DNA from: Paragordius varius | Lineage: Eukaryota; Animalia; Nematomorpha | Reading direction: 5' to 3' | Assembly (NCBI GenBank): GCA_964247055.1 | Contig: OZ176054.1 | Location: forward strand, 7,874,001 to 7,938,000 | Length of the DNA stretch: 64,000 bases | Part shown: positions 49,227 to 59,779 of the stretch, one piece after another | Layout of the letters: every line of letters starts with the position of its first letter | How positions within the stretch are numbered: the first letter of the stretch is position 1 | Notes under the pieces: model-generated | What the model was told of the DNA's origin: nothing | The model's database searches: none | The model's input: the letters and a program-made list of their open reading frames with translations, nothing else | Position numbers and translations under genes: made by a program

Positions 49227-49459
49227 TTAAATATGTCTTTATATAAAACTTATCATTATATCCCTAGTAGTCATCCCGACCCCCGACGCAACCAGACGGC
49301 AGTCACTGAATCACTATTAGGTCTTGGATGGCCAGCAAGGGACGTCTGTTGTGGACAGTGGCGACGTGAATCTACTATACTCTTTTCTTGATCCACCTTG
49401 TTACAAAAATAGATATTTTATTGTTCGGTCATTTTAACATGAGCTTTATGTAGTACCTT

Positions 49460-50163
49460 ATGGCTGGGTTACCAAAAAGAATTATAAAAGTTAATAAAAT
49501 TCTTATTTCAGGAAACACAAAGGTTATTAGCAGAACCAGTGCCTGGAATTACGGCTATTCCCGACGAAGAAAATGCCCGATATTTTAAAGTTATTATAGC
49601 TGGTCCAGAAGATGTATATTCTTAACTTAATTTAGTCTCCTTTTGAAAAAGGCACTTTCAAGCTTGAACTATTTTTACCTGAAGAGTATCCCATGTCAGC
49701 ACCTAAAGTTAGGTTTATGACTAAAATATATCATCCAAATATCGATAAACTTGGCAGGATATGTTTAGATATATTAAAAGGTATTTTAAATATTTTTTTA
49801 ATATAGATAAATGGAGTCCTGCGCTACAAATAAGGACAGTATTATTATCAATACAAGCTTTACTTAGTGCCCCTAATCCAGATGATCCCTTGGATAACGT
49901 TGTAGCTGAGCAGTGGAAAAATAACGAAACTGAAGCAATAAAAACCGGTATATTTTTATTACATTATATGCATATAAATATATTAAATTAAAAATATTAA
50001 AACAACTTTACCCTAGTTATTTTCATAAAAGCACGATATATTTAATTTTAACGAATAAAACATCAATTAACTTTGGTTTATGATAAAAATTATATGTTTA
50101 TTGTTTACATTTTAAAATATCACAGCTAAAGAATGGACCACAAAATATGCAATGTCAAATTAA
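49460..50163 (+). CDS. UBE2N: Ubiquitin-conjugating enzyme E2 N (Ubc13)
   Basis: [82 protein letters not shown]. Introns of 22, 22, 26 and ~175 nt. Confidence 0.98.
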
Positions 50164-50457
50164 TCAAAAGCAATTTGGAATTTTACCATCCCTGTATAAA
50201 TGTGATCATACTAATACTTGCTTAACCTATTTTTATAATAAATTTTTATTAACACTTAATTATATCATTTATTGTATGCATTTTGGGTGGCTTAGCCTGG
50301 CACTATTCACGGTTAGATTTTCATATTTTTATGAATAATTGTTTGTTCAGCCAAATTCTAATTTTATTTATAAGTTAGTAATTTACGGCCATTCCCAATC
50401 CATTTTTATAATATTGCTGGTAAATTATCATTATCTCTTTGTTTTAATTTTAAATAG

Positions 50458-50700
50458 CATGGTTAAACACGTTTTCCGGAAAATTGCCTCAAAGACACTT
50501 TACTTGTGTTTTCAAAAAAACCGTTTTTACACGGGGTGGGCCCGAACTGGGGGCCTAATTTAAAAAAGGGCGAACCCTATTGTCGGGGCATTCAATTAAC
50601 GATTATATTTTTTCGACATTTGGATTTGAATGGGTCTACCGGTTTTCCGGAAACAGATTACAAAGCCAGCATTTTCCATATTTATAAATATATATATATT
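50458..50700 (-). mobile_element. 5'-end fragment of the Helitron family at 56679
   Basis: Reverse complement is nearly identical to 56685-56925. Confidence 0.85.
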
Positions 50701-50969
50701 ACTAAAGTCCATTTATAAAATATTTTGCCAATTTCAATTATTTGGTAATTTTACCGAAATTTCCGTGCACAAAATATTATGAAAGGGCACATGCGGTTCT
50801 CGTGTCACCACTGGTTTAAACGATATTATTTAATGATGACCGATTATTACTCTCTAAGTAATAGCATACATTTAAACGTAGAGATAATATATACTGAGCA
50901 ATTCTATAGTGCTAACATATTGTTCGCTTTTTTAATAACATTTATCATCATGTGCAAATTAAAATATTA

Positions 50970-53900
50970 TCATGCTTTAATCTTTTTATTGCGCTGATCC
51001 CCACCTTCTAATTCGTCATATTCATCGCCCGTTTTAATTAGATTGATGTAATGGTCACTGCCTTTGTAACTCAATATCTCTAATAAAATATTAAACTTAA
51101 TGATCAAACTTTTGTACAACTCCATGTTCCATTTTTGTTGAGCATCGTTGGGTATGAGATCATATTTTAGCATTTCCTAAAGCACAAAATATTAGTTTAA
51201 ATAGTAAAATTTACATCATAAAATATCTAATATCAATAATATGTCAAATTTAGTTATATTCCTAAAATTTTATTAATTTTGGGAAAATCATCAACTCTTA
51301 GAATGCTAAAAAAACAGTTCGCTTCAGTGAGAAATAACTATACTAGAATTTATTAAAAATGAAAACGTCTATTAATCAATTAAGCTCAAATGTCGCGAAT
51401 AAATAGATGAGATTTATATATTTATATAAATATATATTAATTAAATTCGATATAAAAATATATCATCTTGTAGAAATCCAATTTCTTTATAAAAATAAAA
51501 TGTGATAAATTTATTATGAGCATTTCATATGGTTTTATATTCTTTTAATTTTGCACTTTGCCACCCTATGGGATACAGATTGTATCTAACTCCCGGCAGC
51601 AAAATTTTCTACCCAGTTAAAGTTTAAAATGGGTTGCAAATAAATAAGTGCATAATCCTGAAATAACCGTATGATTTCGATACCATTGGTATGGTCAAAT
51701 TTTTCGAATGATGATATTCAGAATAAGATTAAGAGGTGTGAAGCAAGTAAGATAATTTAATTGTGACAAAATATCCATTGTATCTAGCCGAAACCGATAC
51801 ATATTAATATCACGAAATAGGAATATAGTATTTTGATGCAACTTACATATCTGAAATCAATAAACGACAAATGCTAAAACTACGCATGCCTAAAGCGTCG
51901 AGTACGTCACTCATCAGTACTGTGCCCACAATATAACTTAGTTAATTGGTTTAACATAACGGGTCATTTAGACTACACAAGTCAAGGGGATCATGTCAGC
52001 TAAAAAAAGCCTGTCCTTAAATAAGATACTGTATAACTCCAAACATTAAATTCAATAATGGGAAAGCCACGATCTTACACAAAGTTTATTTTAAATACGA
52101 AGTTCACGTTTGCGTGTCATATACATTTATAATTTCAAAGTATACATATAATATAAAATAGCAAAATATATTTTTGATTTTTTAAATTTTAAATTCCCTA
52201 GCAAGTTGTAAAGAATATACATGCTAAAACATACTTTATCGGGATATATTTTGAGTATTTTGTAGGAAACACAGGGGTTTAAATTCTTTAGATCCATTTT
52301 TACTTTATTACGAATAGAAAATTGAAATAGAACAAATAAACAGTTTGATTCCTTATCAAACACATCTTCCAGGATAAAATCATCAAAATATGTTGATGGA
52401 CTGTTAATATCATCACATTTAAGAGTCAATAGAGTGCGTGTATCAATAGTTTGATTTTCATTTATTTTATATGAGCAGACTATAAAGGTTTCTTCACCGC
52501 TAGAGATAAATATGCAAAATAAAGTTTTATAATATTTTGAATGATTGCAAACATTTTCTATTTAATTTAGTAATAAGCAATATTTTACATTTTTAATCAA
52601 ATACTATTTATGGACAAATTATTAAACCCACAAAATTATAAAAATTCAATTATATTTATAATGGACTTTACTGTTAGTTTTTAGAATTTAATGAAACTTT
52701 TAAGAATTAAATATTATCATAGTTTTTTTCAAATAATTTTTCGGTAATTAATAATGCTTTTTAGTCAAAATTATTTAATATTTTATTTTTATGGCAAATT
52801 CAATTTTACAAACGCACCTAAAAACGAGTTTTTACCAATTTTGTAAAAAAGAATCTACATTTCATTGTGATTCATAAAAAAATAAATTTAATAATTCTTT
52901 AATATCATACTTATTGGTAAGTGTTAAACAACAAATATAAATTTCATTAATTTCCATTTTAATGATCATTTGAGGTCCGGCACCATCAAATTCATTAATA
53001 TTGAAGGAGTGCGTATGTAAACAAAGCCCAATAGGAAAATCCCAAATTTTAATGCTTCCATCTCCAGACGATGAAAACAGTATATTAGGGTGATTGGGTG
53101 CAAGCCGGATTGATGATATAAACCTTAGATTAATATTTAAAATAAAAAATAGCGATAAAATAATACGCATAAAGCAAATTTTTAAAAATTAAACGAAAGT
53201 TAAGATCTTGGTAATTCATTATTTATGCGAAGACCTAACTTTTTATTCGGTATGAATCAACAAAAAACATTAAAATTATCAATTTTAAACAATTTTCAAA
53301 AATTAAATCATTAAACTAAATATGATCACATATATTTTGCACAACTATGGACGAATCTACTATCGTTTCATTTTCGATCCTCAAAATTATTTTAACTTTA
53401 TTATATGAAGGTATTACATGCACAAATAATTTTTCAAGTTTGTGGCATTTTCACAGTTATGGATTTCTATTAGAAAACTCTTAATGCTAATGTACATTAA
53501 CGTTGTATTAATAAAATTTGATGTTTTAATCGATTAAGCCTCTCTTAACATGTTATGAAATAAAGACATATCTTAATTTTCTATACCGAATATAGATTTA
53601 GCATCAAGTTTAGCGCCTATGATTCTATCCAGGAAATCATTGTTAAAATTTTAATTTCATTTCAATGATAAAAAAAATCATTTAATGCTATTTAAGTAAA
53701 AGTAATTGTCAGGGACAGAACCAGAACGATTTTTGGTTATGTTCCCGGTTGCCAATTTTTTGTTTCTTGGTCCTGTACTGAATATTTAAAAACGGTTTCT
53801 GGCAAATGGTTTCACCCCGATTAAAATTTTATATATATTTATAAAAGTATAAATAATATTGAAAAATATAAGGTTTGCAATGTAATAATAATTAAAAAAG

Positions 53901-55811
53901 TGATTTTTCATAATCATTTTTGCGTTATAAAAAAGTGTTTGATTTTATAACCACGGTTCCGGTTTCAATTTTCGGTTAAGCACACTTTGATAAATTTACC
54001 ACAGTAGTGTTAATGGAATGAAACTATTCTGAGATAGTATTAATTATAAAACAAAACTAAAGTATAAATGTACTTTAGCACTAGATATTGTGAAAAAAAA
54101 TTCATGATTTGAATATAAAATTTACATATAGTTTAGTCAGTAACTTGCAAAGTGATTGCCAAAATATTTTAAAAATTATAAAATTTAGAGCATAAATCCG
54201 AAGTAATCACACAAAATTTTGGCATATCAAAAAACTTAAAAATTATCTCTCCAAAACTTCTGTTTGAAAAAATCTAATAATTAGCTATTACCCGAAAATG
54301 TTATTTAATAATTCAAAAATGTAACTTTCGAACATCGATTTTTTTTAAATTTTCAAATAATATATTTCTAGAAAAAAATTTAGACAAATGAACTAGATTT
54401 GATAATCAAAATACTTTGTAATTTTAAATCATTAGCTTTGTTTTAAGCGGCTAATATTCATTAATAAGCCGTGGGTTTAACCACTAAGCGCATCATTATT
54501 TTTTGTTAAAAAATGTTTTAAGTTAATATATTTTAAATCTAGCCTCGCAATCATTTTTAAAATAAAATAAAAAAGCTATGAAAGCCGAAACGGGTGCATG
54601 AACCAGTATATCCATGCAGCTCATGCATTTTATTTTTTTTAATTGGTAAAATTTAAATTTTTAATTTGCGGCATTCAAAACTCAAATATTTTATATTAAA
54701 ATGCTTGTATTTATTTAACGATCAATCTACTGAACCGGTAAAATTAACTAAAGCATTGGAATTTCCCTCTTAAATATTAGTTTTTTCCGAGTAAATTGCT
54801 AAAATAAGAGTACACTAAATTGTTCGGTCTTTGCAATAAATTTCAATTTGGTAAAAAGCGAAAATTTTTTAAAAACATCCAAATCTGTAGATGTATGGTC
54901 AAATCACACCGTATAACATAACTTTGAATTATTTTATAAAATAACATTAAGGAAAATTAATGTTTTAAATCAGCAATAAGAGCTATTATTGGCCATTTCA
55001 GGTTTTTTGGCAAAATAGTTTTTATTTACATGTCTGTTGGTAAGTTTTTATTTTTTTCCGTTAAATATATAATGTAAATTTGGAGAAATAGAGTATCGCC
55101 TGTTCGAAATGAAATATCATGTTAGCAATCATTTTAATGTAGTAAAATGTAATACACACCAACAGACGTGTAAATTAAATCTCTCTCTATTAGCCAATTT
55201 AAATACCGTAATGAATAAAGGCCCAGTTACTGTATTCAAAATCAACAAAGATGAAATTAAAAATTACACACATATGCGGATTACTGTGATTTTTAATTTA
55301 GTTAAATTTATACATATTGGTTTATGATAGGTAATACCTAGAGTGGCCCATACAAAAAGATTGAATATCAAATGTTTGTGGAAAATGACTAACACGTATT
55401 TTTTCATCACGATCGCATGTAATTAGAAACTTCTTATCAAGTGACAAAGCCTTGCAAAATTATTATATAATTTCAAATACTATATCGGTGAGCATCGAAA
55501 TGTGACCAAGTAAAACTCTTGATTTTACAGCAGGACCTAAAAGATATTATTTGAAAAAGCAAAACCTCTGTCAAAATTGCATTCATATTCCGTAACGATT
55601 CCTGATTTATCGGCAACAATTAAGAAATATTTGCTATTTATACGTTCAACAATAAATTTGGAAACAGTTTTTTTACAATTTCTAATAAATTTAGAGACAA
55701 AGGATACATGATAACAAAAAGTGTCTGGATTTCTTTTGGATTATAAACGCATATAGTTTTAGGGTTACGCAAGAGTCCAAAACACCTTCCCGAAAATATT
55801 GGCACTTCAAC
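50970..55811 (-). CDS. WDR4: tRNA (guanine-N7)-methyltransferase non-catalytic subunit WDR4/Trm82; first exon not located
   Basis: LIVADKSG, LLGHISMLTDI, FLITCDRDEKIRVSHFP..DIQSFCMGHSRFISSI and LFSSSGDGSIKIWD. The most 5' exon found starts at an AG at 55811 without an ATG. Confidence 0.88.
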
Positions 55812-55887
55812 CTAAGAATAATTATGTAATTTTATAGAGATATAATATAAAATATAATTTATTGAGTGTAGTAAGTATGTTATGAAA

Positions 55888-56619
55888 TTATCTATTTTGC
55901 GCTTTAGAAGCTGAATAGGTTTTTTTGCCATGAGTGAATGGTAGGTAACGGTATCTTATCATGTGTGCAATTTGTCGTTTCATCGTTAATACGAATAAAA
56001 TAATCCAATACATAACTAAAATTGGCCAAAAGACTGGTACGTCAAACGCTTCGAATAGCGTACAAAAAAGTGATATTAGCACTGCATGAGTTGCAGATTG
56101 CCAAAATTTAAATTCTGGTAATCTTCGTATAAAAGGTCTGAATTCATCGTCAGATTTTGTTGGTAAGGATGATTGATTATCATAATATGAAAGGTCTTCT
56201 TGATAAAAACCACCATATAAATCATCATCATACCCATAAAGTGATGTCCTCCCTGATGAAGGATCAATTTTGGGTGATAAAAACGCAATCAATAAATTGA
56301 GAATATAGATCCCAAGTGCATAAGCTACAATGTACCATCCATTACTCATAACAATACGGATACCAAACAAAATATATAAACCAACGGTAAAAACCCATCG
56401 AAATATTAAGTGGGGAACAGATTTATCAAGAAAATATTGATAATATTTATAAAGATTTTTTACGCTATTTGTGGTAGAAGTAGATGATGTTCCAGTGTTT
56501 TGAATAGTGACCAGATTTGTCTTCTGTGCAGGTGGAATATATAATGGAGTGGGATTATGAGAATTAATAATATTAAAAGTATTGATATTGGAAAATTTGT
56601 CGTTTATATTTTGTTCCAT
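55888..56619 (-). CDS. RER1: Protein RER1 (Golgi-to-ER retrieval receptor), single exon, 243 aa
   Basis: YQYFLDKSVPH..RW, GWYIVAYALGIYILNLLIAFLSPKIDP, LPTK.DDEFRPFIRRLPEFKFW and FDVPVFWPILVMYWIILFVLTMKRQIAHMIRYRYLPF. Confidence 0.98.
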   Translation of the reverse strand: MEQNINDKFSNINTFNIINSHNPTPLYIPPAQKTNLVTIQNTGTSSTSTTNSVKNLYKYYQYFLDKSVPHLIFRWVFTVGLYILFGIRIVMSNGWYIVAYALGIYILNLLIAFLSPKIDPSSGRTSLYGYDDDLYGGFYQEDLSYYDNQSSLPTKSDDEFRPFIRRLPEFKFWQSATHAVLISLFCTLFEAFDVPVFWPILVMYWIILFVLTMKRQIAHMIRYRYLPFTHGKKTYSASKAQNR

Positions 56620-56678
56620 TGCGTCTCAAGCGTGTTTAACAAATACATCCACGATAAAAACATAAAAAATAATTATAA

Positions 56679-57817
56679 TCTATATATTTATAAAAATGGA
56701 AAATGCTGGCTTTGTGATCTGGTACAGGAAAACCGGTAGACCCATTCAAATCCAAACTTCGAAAAAATATAATCATTAATGAATGCCCCGACAATAGCGT
56801 CGCCCTTTTTTTGAAATAGGCCCCCAGTTCGGGCCCACCCCGTGTGGAAAACGGTTTTTTTTTGAAAACACAAGTCCACAAAAATCGTGTCTTTGAGGCA
56901 ATTTTCCGGAGAACGTGTTGGACCATTCAATTTCAAATATAATTTTTGTTTACTTATTTTCGATTGCGCCGAACATAGTCGAGTCACATTTTTGATTTAG
57001 GCCCTCTTTTTACCCGCTCCCCCCGTAAAATGCCACCTTTTTCAAAAAACAAAGTCCACAAAAATATTTTTTTATATCGATTTTTCTCCTTAGGTATGAG
57101 ACCGTAAAAATTCAATAAAGATTCCACGTATTCCCTGCTAAAAGGCAAAAATTTTAGCCAAGCGTTTCTTGGATGATAGCTGTTGGGTAAGGAGCTACCT
57201 GCTAAAAACTGATTTCTCATGTAACTTTGTGATCTGTTTCCGGAAAACCGGTGAACGCAATCAAATCCAAATATCGAAAAAAAATAATCATAAATAAATG
57301 TCCCGACAATAGCTTCGCCCGTTTTTGGAATTAGGTCCCCAGTTCGGGCCCACCCCGTGTGAAAAATGGGTTAAGTCAATTTTTTGGAGAACGTGTTGGA
57401 CCATTCAATTTCAAATATGATTTTAGTTTACTTATTTTTGATCGCGCTGAACATAGTCGACTCACTTTTTTGATTTAGGCCCTCTTTTTACCCGCTACCC
57501 CCGTAAAATGCCATTTTTTTCAAAAAACAAAGTCCACAAAAATAATTTTTTAAATCTATTTTTCGCCCTAAGTATGAGACAGTAAAAATTCAATATGGGT
57601 TCCACCTATTCCCTGTTAAAAGGCAAAAATTTTAGTCAGGCGTTTCTTTGATGATAGCTGCTGGGTAAGGAGCTCCCCGCTAAAAAATGATTCCAAATGT
57701 AACTTTGTGATCTGGTACCGGAAAACCGGTAGACCCATTCAAATCCAAACTTCGAAACTCCCCCCAGATGTCCGAAGGACTTCCTCGGGCTGCGTAGCAG
57801 CACAAGATTTACGCTAG
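56679..57817 (+). mobile_element. Non-autonomous Helitron with an internal ~500-bp tandem array
   Basis: A|TCTATATATTTATAAAA 5' end. The 3' end has the hairpin GCTGC-GTA-GCAGC (57789-801) then CTAG|T. No TSD. Internal units start at 56710, 57225 and 57703 (partial). Confidence 0.88.
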
Positions 57818-58034
57818 TATCTGATAAAAATTTTAGGTATAGGGCTCAAAAATATTTAATATCTTAGTTTAGATAATTATTATTTGAGATAATTAAAATA
57901 GATCCTGTATAAATATTTTTCCCATTGTATATTTAAATATCAACTTTAAAATATTTGAGATTTAAAAAAGAAAGATGGCATAAAAGTGGTTTATAAACCG
58001 ATATCGAACGTTCTAAGAGGTTAAAAATAGAAAA

Positions 58035-58290
58035 TACTGTGTATAATTGAAATGAAAGAATTTCCCAGAATCGAAGCGAAATATAAAAGTAAGATTTAAG
58101 GAGCATAAAAGCAAAAATTCGGCGATGTGTCTGCATTGCGTGGATAACAACCATGAGTGCTCACACAATTGACGTTTTAGCCGTAGGAAGAAATTACAAC
58201 TCAAGGATAAAAAAAGAAGCACTCTTTGTTTAGAGAGCAAGTTCACTTAATCGCTGTGGAGAGAAGAAAAATATAAACCCTGAAACTAAA
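58035..58290 (+). pseudogene. GIY-YIG endonuclease relic (Penelope-like element type)
   Basis: ESKRNIKVRFKEH..SAMCLHC..NNH, then after a frameshift VLAVGRNYNSRIKKEALF; stops are present. Confidence 0.55.
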
Positions 58291-59779
58291 TCATTTGTCG
58301 AGAATCAACGCATTAATTCCACACCAATTTACAGTGTAAATATTACTTAAATTTAATAATTTTGTGTATATATTGTTTAATATTAAATTATTATTTTTGT
58401 TATAGCATAATAATTAATTTTTTAAAAAGCACATTTGGTTATTTTATGTCACAACGGTTTCTTTGTGATTTTTCTTTCTTTTGTCGATTAACGGTTCTTT
58501 TATGATTTTTTCCTATATAAGTAATATCAATCATCTTTTAATTTAATTTTTATTGTTTTATATTATATAAATATTTTTCTTTAACTAATCTCTTGACGAT
58601 GCCTATGGCAAAAATTTGAGAATCAATAATTTATATTTTATTTTCACGCTTTTTTACGACGATTTCCACACCATTTACTATCCTCAAATGTTTTTTTATA
58701 TCGTTATATCATGCAGAATAGCATAAAACTCAGTTCACCAAAATTTTACTATAATAAATAATTGCATTCAGACCACGGCCCCACAAGTGCTTTTTTATGG
58801 CTCTGAGGTGTTCATTAATTTTTTGATATATTTATTTTAGGTATAAATATCTTAAAATGTGTAATCGCAATTATATGGTGCACGGCCCTTTGGACAAGAT
58901 AAATATTTTTTGGGGCCTTTTAAAAAATTTTATGAATACCACTGCTAATAATTAAAACATCCATTTTTTGGTAAAAAAAACTTTTTTGATGTCTAAATTT
59001 AGCAAATATATTAAATTTTTACCGCACAATATCGACCTTTATGCGTTTAGTTTAGGAAAGTTGCACATTTTATACGAGTTTAAAAAATTTAAGACTTTCA
59101 GCCCACATCTAGAATATTTATAATAACATTGGGCCATCTACATATGATATAATTTAGTGATATTTTTGAAATAACATTTATCTTTCAATTTTATTTGGCA
59201 AATATAGGATAAGTATTTATAAAAGGAAATTTTATTATGCTCACACCTTCTCGCTTGATGCAAATTAAGAAAAAATATAAAAGGTTTAATTTTAACGCAA
59301 TATATTGGGTAAACTTTAAAATCTTTTGCTACATAATAGCAAGTTTTTTCAATTCAAATATGACGCCAAAGTGTGATTTTTTAGCTTTTGTTCTTTCTAA
59401 ACCTTCCGCAAAATGTAAAATCTCATCGATAATATTTTACATTTAGGATTATATTAATAATTCATATTAACAAATAAACTAGTTTAGGCGTTTCTTTATT
59501 TATTTGTTCTAATGTGCAAAAAAAGGATTTTTTAGTTAGCCATAAAAAAATAAAATAACTCTTTTCTGGTATTATAAAGGCATTTATCATTTCAATATTC
59601 GCTATGCTAAAGCTTTTAACTATCACATAACGTATAATTTAATACATTATTTTTTATTTCCATTTTTGTTGCATAGTTATTTTCTCAATTAATTTAATAA
59701 TAATAATATTTAAATTTATTGACGCTATTGATTATATGGTTATGTCATTGAATAAAATTTCATTTATCACAAATAAAAA

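Noticed and set aside
49300-49400. HDV/CPEB3-like ribozyme on the minus strand (TTCACGTCGC matches the CPEB3 L3/P3 region)
   Set aside because: The required P3 partner reads AGA rather than GCG, P1 is at most 5 bp, and there is no P2 complement after a CGAA-like junction.
56636-57220. Overlapping ORFs at 56636-56926, 56688-56987, 56984-57220 and 50506-50718
   Set aside because: They lie within Helitron repeat DNA, differ in frame between copies and show no protein motif.
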